64,000 bases of DNA from Tubulanus polymorphus (lineage: Eukaryota > Animalia > Nemertea). The stretch's first letter is position 1. Each line of letters begins with the position of its first letter. Location of the stretch: positions 22,592,560-22,656,559 of the forward strand of contig NC_134027.1 of NCBI RefSeq assembly GCF_964204645.1, read 5' to 3'. A model generated the notes under the pieces. It had not been told where the DNA came from, did no database searches, and was given only the letters and a program-made list of their open reading frames with translations. Shown piece after piece: positions 25,480 to 37,892 of the stretch. The position numbers were made by a program, and so were the translations under genes.

Positions 25480-26580
25480 CTTCACCTGAATCCAGTTCCA
25501 TAGTTGTGTGGGTTTAATTTCACTCTGAATCCGGTTCTACATTTGTATGGAGTTTGTTTTTGACTCTGGGCGCAGTTCCGCGGTCGTAGGTCCATCTGTT
25601 GCTGAAACCAGTTCGTTCACAGTTGTGGGTTTATGACTCTGGATCCAGTTCCACAGCTGGATCTAGTTCTACACTTCCGTTGCTTCCGCATTTAACCTGG
25701 CTCGCAGATATCATGAGATCGTCCGCAAGTTCAATCTCATTGTCGGCTGGAGCGATATTTGACACTTTCCATCAATATCAATGAAAACCAAACATCAAAT
25801 AAAGTAAAAATAAACTCTAAATGTCCAGTTCATGGGTAGCATATTCTCACAAACACGTTATCAGGTAGGATCATGGCTCGGGTATTATTTAGTGATCACT
25901 AGTGGCACATAACTTATAAAGACCGTAAGATTCTTGGATCTAGCGTCAGAAATATCTGGTGCTGTATATCATGGGTCCGAAATGAATTTGAAAAACGGAA
26001 GAAATATGATATACGTATATACCGGTAAACCAAGGGGAACTGAAGCGAATACATTCGTAAATGGGAAGAAATATGATATGTGTACGTATCTACACCAAGA
26101 GGAGCTCGAGCAAATACGAATAAAAATGGAAGGAACATAATATACCTGATACCAAGAGGAATTGAAGCACGCCAGCTGCAAACGTAATACGTTGAAATCG
26201 ATTTTATTATTATAGTGTAAGAACTGTTGAAATCAATTTGCCCTATAAGCATGTGACCTATCTGAATATCGCCTGAATGGTAAGTCGCAGATTCCGAAGT
26301 ATTTCTTACGCAAAACTCTCTTATCAAATTTATGAATTTCGACCCACCACTGTGGAATCGGGTTCAGCCCAGATCATTCTTATGATAACTCCGAGGTTGT
26401 ATGAATCATAACTGTGGAAATAAACTCGTGCCAAAACTCACAACTGTGGATCTGAACCCAAAGTCAAATTTAAATTCTGGATCCAGAGAAGAATTAAAAG
26501 GACGTGACCGTGGAACCGGGTTCAGAGTCAAATCACACCGACGAAACTTAGGAACTCACTAGATCCTGAGTCAAGTACAT
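25480..26580. repeat. Degenerate ~40-bp minisatellite blocks (TTGACTCTGGATCCAGTTCCACAGTTGTGGG family), inverted pair
   Basis: Plus-oriented at 25480-25680 and minus-oriented at 26340-26580; relatives at about 29150-29240, 34200-34490 and 42600-42700. Confidence 0.65.
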
Positions 26581-26611
26581 AGTTCGTCTTAATTTCTAAA
26601 CCTCGTGTAAA

Positions 26612-27281
26612 CCAGGATGAAAGACACTCTAAATATTTGGATGGATATATGAAAGCTGTGGGTACTGGAGTTTGTAATGGGTAGTGTAGTGTGATCTGTG
26701 TGCATTTGTGGCCAGCACACAGATCCCATTGTTCAATGGGGTTTGGTCCAGGACTCGCGAGATTTTCAACAACACGGAAGTAACGTGTAATAAATGATGA
26801 CGTGAATTGCATGACTACCTACCACCCCTCATTATTGTTGGAAAACTAAACGTTCGGCACTGACTAAAAATTAGTAATAACATTTTAGAAATGGCCAGAA
26901 TTTTAACTTAGGTTCTATCTCATTTTTATTTTACAAATGCGATTGGTATAATTTTTTTTTAAACGGCCGTTAAGGCTTCATGTTTCGTCTGCAATTCACT
27001 GCAAATAGTTACGCAACTACGCACATTTCAGTGTTTTTGGCAGCTGTACACTCAATCGGCACCGTTCGTGACTAGCTTCACTGCGGAATTATCATTTATA
27101 AACATCGCCATATCACATCATCAACTTATATTGTGCCTTTAAACCCTAACAGCCGAAATAATTGAAATGCACACACGATTTCTATCATTGAAAATTGAGA
27201 GAGTGGCCATGTTTGTGTTTGCTGCTTCGCGTAAATCCCGCACGGTGGCGGAACCGCGCGGAGTGGGGCCGATACGTCCAG
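26612..27281 (+). mobile_element. Helitron-like non-autonomous element (copy B)
   Basis: Reverse complement of 22394-23075; 3' hairpin CCGCACGGT..ACCGCGCGG followed by ..GATACGTCCAG|T. Confidence 0.55.
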
Positions 27282-27519
27282 TATATATAGGAGCATTGCG
27301 AATGTAGTGAGTTTTGCGATCGGGTATAAAAGTAAGGATACAAATGCAATCAAGATATATATCCCGTTCATGGACTCTAAAACAATGAGTTCGTTTTAGA
27401 GTCAATGATGTTGCTGTTCGTGGATGTTTTTCATTCGTACATCGCATCGTATATCATCTACCTTTATCCGTATATTTATAACAATGTAAAACCCAACTTA
27501 ATCTTCGTTTATCCTCTAA

Positions 27520-27953
27520 TTCATTCATGTATGAATTATTCTAAATAAGGTAATACATGGGAGATAATCTTGTTATGACATTCGCTGAGGGGATTTGAAT
27601 AGTCATATAGGATATTTGCATTAATGTACAAAGTGGATGACGTTCAACCTTCAGTCGGTAAGTGACTGGAATGATAAGGCGATTATTAAGGATAAGGGAT
27701 TACCTTACTACCTGCGTTGTTGCTTTGTCAAACAAACAATACATAGAAGTTATGTAGATAAACGTGTATTAATGTGACGTGCGTATCCACGTAGGGAAAC
27801 CTAAATATGGTTCGGCCAGTACAAAAGTGTTTTTACAATAATGTGAAGTGTGTATGTATGTTAACACTCCATACATGGGTCGGTGGAACGTTTGAACGTA
27901 TGAACCATGTGTGGTGACGGGCCTGCAAACGTTACAAAACAGTAAACGATATC
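27520..27953. repeat. Direct duplicate of about 33395-33983
   Basis: Near-identical; the second copy has about 160 extra bp at 33575-33735. Confidence 0.85.
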
Positions 27954-28510
27954 AGAACTGTTTGCGACGCCGATATCTTATTGCGAACTCTCGATATTGG
28001 ACCGATCATCTATTCGCCGCCGATTATCAATGTTTTCGTGAAAGAACAATTACGCGTGATTCACCGTATTTGAACTATACCGGACTTTGGCGCGGGAGGA
28101 TGTTGTAACCGTTACAACAGTTTATCAAAGCCAGATGGCGTGGACCTGGTTGCCACCGAGACTGCGTGTTTACTAGGCAAACTATGCCGTACGTGAGGTG
28201 AACGCGCGTATTATAATCGTTTATACGTGTATAATTTTTGTTTTTAACGAGTTTAAAACTGTGTCTGTTCTCGCGCTTGTTTATTTTGTGCTTTATTTAG
28301 TAACATTTTGACAGTTCTGTAAAGTTTTGTAACATTTTCAACAGATTGTAATCTTAATTAGTTTCTAGCCGATTTTGTATAAAAGCTGTAGAAAATTCTC
28401 TGTAAGATCAGTTCATTTTTGTAAGCCTGATGGTACACGTCTCCTGCCAAATAAATCTCTCTCGTCTATACTCTGAAGAAAGTCTTGCAGTTAGTCATTT
28501 CATGACCAAG
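27954..28510 (+). mobile_element. Possible LTR retrotransposon 3' remnant (BEL/Pao-like PPT plus LTR)
   Basis: Purine tract GGCGCGGGAGGA directly before TGTTGTAAC at 28101; AATAAA at about 28450; boundaries uncertain. Confidence 0.35.
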
Positions 28511-29247
28511 GGACAGGACGACGAATTTGCCTCGCTTTGCTGCTTCAAGGGACAGGACGATGACTCTGCCTCGCTTTTGCTGCATCAACCAGGGAACGCG
28601 GTTGAATCTGCCCGACTCGCTAATTTGCCTCTGCCTGGTGGACCCGCCTGGCTTCTGCTTCAGCCCTGCCTTTGCTTTGCTTCTGTCCGAGAACGTATAC
28701 AGTCCTCCTCGCTCAATCGATTCCTCACACCCCATCGATTGTCAGTAGAGTGAGCCCGAAACCCCGTGGTGTTTTGGTAAATAAGCGTATATGATATTGC
28801 CTCCGTTGTTTTCAAATTCATTTCAGGTCGATGACACAGCCCCAGAAACAACCAAGTATTTAAATTACATGCATGATTAGAAATTGGCTCGTCCCGAATC
28901 TTGTTCCTATCTGATCGGAAGAATCTAAGTTACCCGACTGGTAATCTAGACCCGCCAATCACAATCTTATCTTAATTAAAGCCACACAGAAATAAAGAAA
29001 GTATTCAATGCACTGAAGACTGGGCGTATTGTACGACGGTGGATCCTTATTTGTTACGCCGCTACGACTTGTATTGTGTAAAACCTGCTTCATCCGAGAA
29101 AAGATCGGACTTGCGGGATGATTTTAATGAATCAGCTCATGATCTGCATCCAGAATGAAAACGAACCCGTATTTCACTAGTGATCCAGTTGTACAGTTGT
29201 GTCGGTTGAATTTGAATCCGAACCCAAAATTTAGGTCATTCGATTGG

Positions 29248-30195
29248 TTATTTGATTTTACAGCCAACTTTTGAACAGAAATATTCACGAATTTCTCGTC
29301 CCAGTAAAAGATATATGTAAAAATTGATGACGTAGTTACACATTTGGAACTGTATGAATACATCGTACAAAAACGCTTTTTGGTCCGCGGGCAACGGTAT
29401 GAATATGCTTATAGAAGGTGGTAGTGTAAATACAGTAAATGCGAGTGAAACTGTCACGAGCATTATTGTTGTACGTTTTGATTTTGTAGTTTTCTTGTCG
29501 GCCGTAATCAATTCTGAACCCCTGAATAACTGAATGATTATTACAGAATTTGATACGATTATGAAAGCTAAAGGAAGAACGTAAACATAGGTGGCAAATG
29601 TGATAAAAAGTGACGACTCGTCGGATAATTTGAAGTAACATCCCATGAAAAGCTGGTCAGAGAATTCCAATAGTAGAGCTGGGCGAATGCCGATTACTAA
29701 TGCGTCCACTACGAAAATAATGACAATGGCGCATCGGGCGAATCTAGGTGTACATATCAAACGAGATGTGAACGGGAAGAGCACGACCGCCGCACGTTCT
29801 AGAGATATAGCTACTATCAACCACGAACTGTTTGCGGATATCAATCCCATTATGAATTCGTACATTTGACAACTGATCAATGAATTAACGAGGAATATAG
29901 GTCCAGATTCTAGGTGTAAGAGAACAAACTGTAAAACGGGCATCAACGTAAAATTGACGCAAAACAAAAAATCGCTCAGGGACAAAACGATCAGATAGTT
30001 AGCGTAAGATAAACTCCGGAATCTACGACTTATCATTATCAGGAATGTAGCTGAATTACCAAAGGCTCCCGACAGAAACAAGACAGGCAGTACGACCAAT
30101 GATACCGTACGGTGGCTCCCAAATTGGTTCTCCAAAGACAAGAGGACGAAGTAACTGCTAAAGGGGCGACCAAACCGCATCTGTGTGAAATTCAT
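29248..30195 (-). CDS. Intronless rhodopsin-class GPCR paralogue, 315 aa
   Basis: Open frame; start set at MNFTQMRFGR by homology with the MNSSLMQIGR and MNLTQMQIGR paralogues; GN, LSLSD, SLER, TLPP and NFYIY motifs. Confidence 0.92.
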   Translation of the reverse strand: MNFTQMRFGRPFSSYFVLLSLENQFGSHRTVSLVVLPVLFLSGAFGNSATFLIMISRRFRSLSYANYLIVLSLSDFLFCVNFTLMPVLQFVLLHLESGPIFLVNSLISCQMYEFIMGLISANSSWLIVAISLERAAVVLFPFTSRLICTPRFARCAIVIIFVVDALVIGIRPALLLEFSDQLFMGCYFKLSDESSLFITFATYVYVLPLAFIIVSNSVIIIQLFRGSELITADKKTTKSKRTTIMLVTVSLAFTVFTLPPSISIFIPLPADQKAFLYDVFIQFQMCNYVINFYIYLLLGREIREYFCSKVGCKIK

Positions 30196-30597
30196 GAATG
30201 AAACACAACCGTAATGCACTGGCTCTAACTTATTAATTTGTAAATCAAACCCGGACAATGCGGCGGACTGATGAGTTGTGTCGCCGTGTATATATATTGC
30301 CAGTATTGCCGGAAAACGCTTATGTAAAAGGAATTGATATATCCACTTAGTGAGGTTATACGAATTGTATACAATCACTATTCATTTGTTAGAAATGAAA
30401 GCATCTGGACTATTTTCGTTTTTGGCAGCGAATCGAAATCAATTCTTTAGATTCTTTTCATGAAATGCATTTGTCACTAAATTCATTATAATCCCTTATG
30501 AGACGAATTGACTGGCTGCAAGTCGAAAATCGATTCTAACACAATCTAACACAATACTCAAATATGTGATAGGCGTAGCAAATTAACAAATATAGTC

Positions 30598-30943
30598 AAC
30601 TCCATCCTGCCACGGCAGGGATTCGAACCTGATGGCATCGTTACACTCAGCCACGGCACGAACCCCTGCCACAGTAGACCGGGTTCGCAGGTACATGCGC
30701 AGCTTTGCCATGCGAAAACTTGTGGCACCAATCAGATTGCTCGTTGTATAGTCGCTGAGGTAAATTTCAGGGAAGAACTTTAAATAGGAAAACCCGCGCT
30801 AAAATAAAACGGGATATCTGATTGGCTGTTAATGACATCATCTAAGCAGCGCGTGTAGCTGCGCACTCGGTCTAGTGTGGCAGGATTTCGTACCGTGGCA
30901 ATCTCGATGCCATCAGGTTCGAATCCCTGCCGGGGAGGATGAG
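30598..30943. mobile_element. Palindromic MITE with tRNA-B-box-like arms
   Basis: GGCAGGGATTCGAACCTGATGGCATCG ... CGATGCCATCAGGTTCGAATCCCTGCC; related repeats at 51735-51890. Confidence 0.7.
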
Positions 30944-31674
30944 TCAACCCCGATATACCGATAGCAATATATGGGAAGCAGTATATGGGGGGGGCGTAAT
31001 TGGGGTTGATTGTATCTGGTATCTGGTAAATGATGCTTTGAACATTGTTTTAGAGATCAAAAGATAAATACTTTCACAGCGAGGACGCAATTTATTTCGT
31101 TACGATGGCGATATCTATGATGCGAGAGGTGAACCAGTTCATTCAGATTCGTGGAGGAGACGTGTCACCGGGTGTCGAATATATACAACGAGATGCACGA
31201 GCTTTCGCTACCTAATGCACTATAATAGATTCATCATCACTTATTCACCTGAAGAAGCTGCTATATCAAGTACTACATGTAATGTATGCATTGAATTGTT
31301 TCTGTTTACGTGAATATCTCATTTAATCTACACGTGTTTGTTATATGTTATTTTGGAATAGATATATGTAAATGCAAGTACGTTAAATCATATATATTAG
31401 ACTGATCTGCCTGACTCTGTGTCTGTAGTTTAACCGCGGATTCCAAGTTGAACAAAATTGAAATATAAAAGCTTTTCCAAATGAAATATGTAGAAATGTT
31501 CTAAAAGAATCATTCGCCAATTGGCTTAAAGATGACTCGAAAGACAAATATAATACATTATGTTGGATTCTTTCCGCCTTCAGCCAAAGAGGAACAGCTG
31601 ATATTTTCACCAAGTACAGCAAGGAAATTTGAGAAAACGAGATTGATATCAGTGTATGGTCTATTCTAACGGCC

Positions 31675-32088
31675 TTATCCCCATGTTTGGGTGCTACTCC
31701 AATTCCAACCTCTGCGCAATCTGCTCCTTACTCTGTCCTGTTCTTCAGCGACCGCGGCATGTGTCAAGACCGACACAAAGATGACGCAAAACAGAAGCGC
31801 GAATGTAATCAGTTGACCTGAAAGAAATTGAAAGAACGTTAAAAACATTTTTTTTTCCAAATTATATTATATGAAATCAAAAAAAACTTAGAAAAAATAG
31901 TGAAGGATAAAAGCTAATAAAATATGGTATTCATATCCGATTTATGAAGCTGACATAGTACGAAGCCTTATACCCTAGGAGACACGTACGTACGTCTGAT
32001 GACGGTTATGCTACGTACTATAACAATACATTCGTATACTGACGACATAACTTATACGCACATATATGATTATATACTTACTCAACAT
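31675..32088 (-). CDS. Secreted prepro-peptide, 49 aa; predicted mature GWNWSSTQTW-amide
   Basis: Exon 32088-32082 (ATGTTGA|gtaagt) plus exon 31817-31675 gives MLSQLITFALLFCVIFVSVLTHAAVAEEQDRVRSRLRR-GWNWSSTQTWG*; 5' non-coding exon homologue at about 32470-32555. Confidence 0.88.
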
Positions 32089-33015
32089 TCTAGGTCTGAA
32101 AAAATACATTTGAAAAGCTCATATTTTTTGTAATCATCTGAATGTAGTTCTCCCGATAAGAGCGAAAATTCCATTGGGCTGACAACAATTTACAAACCGA
32201 TTCTGTATTTCAAAGCATGGTCAAAATTCTAGCATTGCCATAAGACTGATACCATCATTGATAGATAAAACACTGTCAGGAAAGTAGCGCTTTGAAATTA
32301 AGAGTAATATTCCTGTATTTCGCATCCTCTCGAATACTCTAATCTGTAGATTTACCGATGCGAGATTGAATGAGTCAGTGTGGGTAAAGATCATTTATTT
32401 TGGATGGGTACATTGTCAACGCGAGAAAAAACCGTAAACGCTGTTTAGCGGCTATACTTATTTTTACTTACTTTTTTCTGATGCAGACTATATAATATCC
32501 CGATGTTAAGTGTTTCACTCGTCTCAGCATTTAGGGTAAAGGATGAGACTGGACTCAATTTGTCCATGCCAGTATAAAAAATGTTCGCACCAGGAATGAA
32601 TGGGCCTATAGTGGCCTATCGGTTTGTGACAAGCTACGTATTCGATTCGAATGGAGGAGAGCAAAATATCTTGTAAAGGTTCCTATAGTTCAGACCAACT
32701 ACTTTGCGGCTTCATGTTTTTCTAAATTTTCCATACCTTTCCTGATGTTGACTAGTTCCACGACGGCTCGTCTCCTCGAGTGTGTTTTCGTGTAAGGGAA
32801 TACGCTTAATTTATATACTGCCACAGGTGAACACGCGTATGTACCAAGCACTTACCACTGCCGTTTATTATTTATTCATGCGACGATGATGAGCGAGTGA
32901 AAGTCCATTTGAAACCAACTTCACCGAACCGAAAATCAATCGATGGTGAGCTGAAAAGCGATGGAGGCTAAAAACAAGTGAAGAACTTAATTTGTATAGC
33001 TTTATGTATAGCAGA

Positions 33016-33128
33016 AACTGTAATAAATTTGCAATTGCAACTACCTTTTAATGATATCAAAAATATACATATAGTTATATTTTCAATATCATAAAAAGGG
33101 AGTTTGCAATTGCAAATTTATTACAGTT
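33016..33128. repeat. AT-rich palindrome / tiny MITE
   Basis: AACTGTAATAAATTTGCAATTGCAA ... TTGCAATTGCAAATTTATTACAGTT. Confidence 0.75.
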
Positions 33129-34780
33129 AGGCCTATATAATGTTATTGCCAAAACCGGGATTTTAGGCCATTGGTTGATCTATTGCGTAGGTCTATATCT
33201 GAGTCAGATGTCTGGCTCATATAGTATATAGTAGTATATTCATTTTTCATTACTCATACATACAATGTGATATTTCGACAGGTTTTAAGTGCAATGTATG
33301 CGTAAGTGTGCTCGAATACTAATCACATCTTCTTATCAATGAAATTAATATTGGGGATAATCATCCCTGTTTCAAGATATGAAATTTTATAATTCATTCA
33401 TATATGAATTATTCTAAATAAGGTAATACATGGGAGATAATCTTGTTATGACATTTGCTGAGGGGATTTGAATAGTCATATGGGATATTTGCATTAATGT
33501 AAAAAGCGGATGACGTTCAACCTTCAGTCGGCAAGTGACTGGAATGATAAGGCGATTATAAAGGATAAGGGATTAATCTCAGTGGGAGATCCATTTGTTT
33601 CAGACCGGTTTTGTACGAGCGCCTATTCGCGCAAAAAAATCAACCGTTTCATCTAGCCTGTTCTTGATGTTAGCGTCTAAGCGTAACGTCATAGTGTGGT
33701 TGTATATATACATTAAAGTGTTGCTATTATCAGACTACCTGCGTTGTTGCTTTGTGTTACACAAACAATACATAGAAGTTATGTAGATAAACGTGTATTG
33801 ATGTGACGTGCGTATCCACGTAGGGAAACCTAAATATGGTTCGGCCAGTACAAACGTGTTTTTACAATAATGTGAAGTGTGTAGGTACGTAAACACTCCA
33901 TACATGGGTCGGTGGAACGTTTGAACGTACGAACCATGTGTGGTGACGGGCCTGCAAACGTTACTAAACAGTAAACGATATCAAATGGAAGAGCAAGTCT
34001 TTGAGAGGGAAAGGAAAAGAGAAGGTCTTTAGAAATAGGTTATACCCGGCTGAGAAAAATAAAGATGATTATATAGACTCAAGAAGTCGTTCTAGTTGTT
34101 TTCACAAAAGAGAATTAAAAGCGGGTGAGAATGTACGTACCTACAACGCTTATGAGAAAGTATATACACCAATAAACCGACACCGCTGACATCTTTTGAC
34201 AATTTGACTCTAAATCCAGTTCTGCACTTGTGTGGGTTTGGTTTTGACTCCGAATCCAGTTCTTCGTTGTGTGGGTTTGGTTTGACTGCACTTGTGTGGG
34301 TTTAACTCTGAACCCAGTTCTACCTTTGTGTTGGTTTTATTTGACTGTGGATCTCAATTCAACAGTTGTGAGGGTTCGATTTGACTCTGGGCCGGTCAAT
34401 ATAGTAAGGGCCCCGCAGTGTAGCTTTTGATTTGGAATTATGTCCAATGTTGTTCTGTGGGTTCATCTTGACTCTGGATGCAAATTATGACCTCAGGCGT
34501 AAATATCATATGAAATCATTCGCATGTCCGAAGCTTTCTGCGGGAGTAACATGACGCAAGTCGTAGCCATGTGGCCAGTAAGGATCCACCAGAGTCTGTT
34601 TATACGTCCAGTCTTCAGCACTTTGGTTACTTTTTTTGCGTGCACTAATTTATCATCTAAACAATACACTCTTACATACAATGAATAAATTATCGCATTC
34701 AGTAGCAAGATTCGGGTTAGTCGATGACCTGAGACCGCTACCAGAGATTCTAGTGACAAGCCAATTTTTGATTGAGCAGG

Positions 34781-35615
34781 CAAAACTTTTCGACAGTCTG
34801 GTGGCACCAATTCCATTGTACAGTTGTGAAAATTGGATAGTTGGGAAATTGTGAAGATTGGAAAATTGCGTCCCATTAAACGCCTTCTGAATTTCAAAAA
34901 GATGCCTTCAATATTGATTTAGCATTTGAAAAAGATGACCACTGCAGAAACCGTGTATCTCTGTGCTCTATGTGTTTCACGTCGAGGAACAATGGCTGTA
35001 CTAGGTGAGCTTGGCAATATCCACTCAGAAGACTCTTGAAATTCTGGCATACTGGCATACCACAAATAGGGAAAACTAGTATACCATTCTATGCAAGCAA
35101 CCTGTTGGCATCCTAGATCATTCGCAATATCTTTTACCCGAACGAAACATACATTACAAGAGAGATTTAAACATTTTGGCACAAATAGATATCCAAATCG
35201 CCTCAAAAGTAGACTGCTACACAATTCTAAATCCTGAATTTACCATTGCGCCATTCTTGGTGGGTTTTACGCTACCAAAACAATATAGAACCAAAATCTG
35301 CAAATTTCGTATAGGTAATCATTGTCTATACCGAGGAAGATACTGAAGAAGATAAACTAACAACACACCATGAGAGAATAGATTGTGCCAATCCTGTAAT
35401 TCCATTTGAAAATGAGTTTCATTTTGTAAAGAGTGCTTAGGACAAAATTAGATATGATTTGAACAGAGCTGTAAGTTACATACCCAGATGCTCCAAATTG
35501 TGACTACCAAGCAAAATTCCAAATCCTAGACTTACTGATACAAACCTATACCTAAAGGTTTTGAAATTCTTAACTCTAACTCGACCAGACAGGGTGTATT
35601 TATAAAAATAAAGAG
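34781..35615 (+). mobile_element. Degenerate LINE (RTEX-like) 3' fragment
   Basis: KLFDSLVAPIPLYSCENW, AVLGELG, KFRIGNH, RLCQSCN..ENEFHF; duplicate at 42742-43605. Confidence 0.7.
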
Positions 35616-36424
35616 ATGTTTGAATTGAATTGTGAAGCGCATACTTGAATTGTTTAAACCTCTACTCTAGCTACGTGTATATTGTGAATCTAGTGAGAAA
35701 ATGGAGGTAGGTCTTCCTGCGTATATTCAAACTTGTCTACACTCCTGCTGTAAACACGAAATAATGTTTTTCAAAAACCGGCAATTAGCGTGTAGCCTAT
35801 ACGTATTGTTTCTGGCATCCTCCCTATAGGCAGGGAAACGAGCACGATGGCGTTTGCATTGTGCATATTGTACCAGCTGTATTCCCATCAACAGAATTGC
35901 AGCTCGCTGAATATTGTTCGAGGTGTCAAATTGGATGTTTCTCACTCTTCATCGTCAAATGAACAAATAAAAAAACCAACCTGTAAGTGCTTGGTACATA
36001 CACTCGTTCAATACTAGCATCAATGCTGGCAACTACATATATCAAGTATATCCAGTCCCATCCTGCATCCTAAACCGGGAACACGCTGGAGACGAGTAAA
36101 CCCACACAACATCGTGAAACTATATAGTCCGCATCAGAAGAAGGTAAGTACAGGAAATAAGTACAGTTCATGTAGCGCTAACGGCATATTTAGTAGAATT
36201 AAAACTATTGATATATTAGGTTCAACAGAATGGGAATACGTGAATATTTCATTTCAGTCCGCAACATAACTTTTTCGACAGTATTTTTTTTTGATCGGAT
36301 ATCTATTATATCTGATAGGAAGTGTATATTTTGTCAGAGCGGCATTATTTTAGTAAACGCTATTTTGCCAATGGCTATACATCATAAGAATAACTGATAA
36401 AATATGACTATAAAATCATTATAT

Positions 36425-36545
36425 TGGGTTTAGGGTTAGGGTTTCAATAGGGTTAGGGTCTAGAGGGTCCAGAGTGTTAGGGTAAGTGTCAGAATGAGGT
36501 TTAGGGTCTGCTTTTTACCCCTAGGGATAGGGTTAGGGTAAGGTG
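36425..36545 (+). repeat. Degenerate interstitial (TTAGGG)n-like tract
   Basis: Several TTAGGG/TAGGG units; shorter duplicate at about 44393-44450. Confidence 0.7.
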
Positions 36546-36929
36546 AGACTACATGTAGTGAAAATTTACTGTTTCCAGTGAGCTCGATGGTTTAGTGGAA
36601 AGACGTTAGACTATCTGTTCACACTTTCCTTGAATTTTTTACGTCGCGCACCTCAGTACGCATGCGCGGCGTCGATTAGCCAATCAGAACGCGCCATTGA
36701 CAAAATAGCCTTGACATGAATAATGCGCGCATTGGCAAAATATCACCTTCCTATTTGGTAACGCAGCTCTATAGATGACGAGGTATGACTTAAACATAAG
36801 AAGCTTTTTCTGGAAATTATAGCCCCCATCAAGCATACTGATGTCATTTTTAATTGGACTGCATCTCACGTATATAGTATAGACATTATTGGGACGTGTT
36901 TCTGATTCCTTTTTATCAACTATTTGGAG

Positions 36930-37140
36930 CTTTTTATTGGATTTTTTGGATTGGAAGAAACCTAAAGGCCGACCACAGTCCACCTGGTTGACGATAATCC
37001 GTGAAGACCTAGCCTTTGTGGATATAGAACTTGATTTTAAATTAACGCCAAGCGAAATATTAACTTTTTGAAGGAACTGACTGTAGGCCGCGATAATTGG
37101 GGTCCCTTGTACATCACATCGTGACGCAGCGGCGTTGGTG
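36930..37140 (+). mobile_element. RTE-like LINE extreme 3' fragment
   Basis: KKPKGRPQSTWLTIIREDL...RDNW; duplicate at about 44840-45050. Confidence 0.6.
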
Positions 37141-37567
37141 ATGTCATAGAAGAAAGATTGGATTGTTTCAAGAAAATAGGAGGGCGAAGAGGAAAAATAA
37201 ACCATTTTTTATAAAAGGCGTTTTTAAGATAAAATGCGTTTATGGAAGGGAGCATGGAGAAATGAATTAAGAAACGGGTATCTTCCACGTAAACCTCGAA
37301 AGGACTGCAGAGACAGATAAAAAAGAGTTGAGATTGTGACGAATTTGATTCAAAAGATTGGAGAATTCAATGAAGAAAGAAAACTATCTTCTAGCAAATC
37401 ACTAGATTGAAAATTAGAGTGGTTGTAACTAAAAAACAATTGTTTCTTTATTTGATTATTAATGCAGAATTTCAGGAGGCGGATCCGTGCTCCAAGCAAT
37501 TAGCCTAGCGTATAACTAAGACGATAATCATATGTATATTTCTAAATTCATTTTTTTCAGACCCAAA

Positions 37568-37892
37568 ATGTTGAGTAAGTATCTAATCTAAGTACAGGTA
37601 TCTAATAGGGTAAGAATCGCAAATTGCGTTAATTCTACTCTTCACAGTTCTTTCGTTTGTTCCAAATTCAATTTAGCTGTTATCTGGTATATGTTTTTTT
37701 TTTACTTTTGTTTATTTTCTTATCCTTTAATTTGTTTAAGGTCAACTGATTATATTGGCGCTTCTGTTTTGCGCTATCTTTGCGTCGGTTATGACTGTGA
37801 CTGAAGCCGCTGAAGAACAGGAAAAAGTTAGAAGCAGATTGCGTAGATGGGGCAATTGGAGCCCGCCGAAAATATTTAAAAAATGGGGATAA
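37568..37892 (+). CDS. Secreted prepro-peptide, 52 aa; predicted mature WGNWSPPKIFKKW-amide
   Basis: Exon 37568-37574 (ATGTTGA|gtaagt) plus exon 37741-37892 gives MLSQLIILALLFCAIFASVMTVTEAAEEQEKVRSRLRR-WGNWSPPKIFKKWG*; upstream non-coding exon ends at about 36143. Confidence 0.88.

Noticed and set aside
30196-30378. 61-aa N-terminal extension of the 376-aa GPCR ORF
   Set aside because: Begins at a non-ATG codon; paralogues start at the Met equivalent to 30195.
30620-30930. tRNA genes suggested by GGTTCGAATCCC
   Set aside because: No cloverleaf or acceptor stem; the motif lies in the arms of a palindromic repeat.
31818-31860. ORF-track N-terminus MEKKMFLTFFQFLSG of 31675..31860
   Set aside because: Intronic polypyrimidine tract; the true start is the micro-exon at 32088-32082 conserved in all four paralogues.
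36425-36545. Telomere or chromosome-fusion site
   Set aside because: Short, degenerate, one orientation only and duplicated with the block; typical of repeat-internal tracts.
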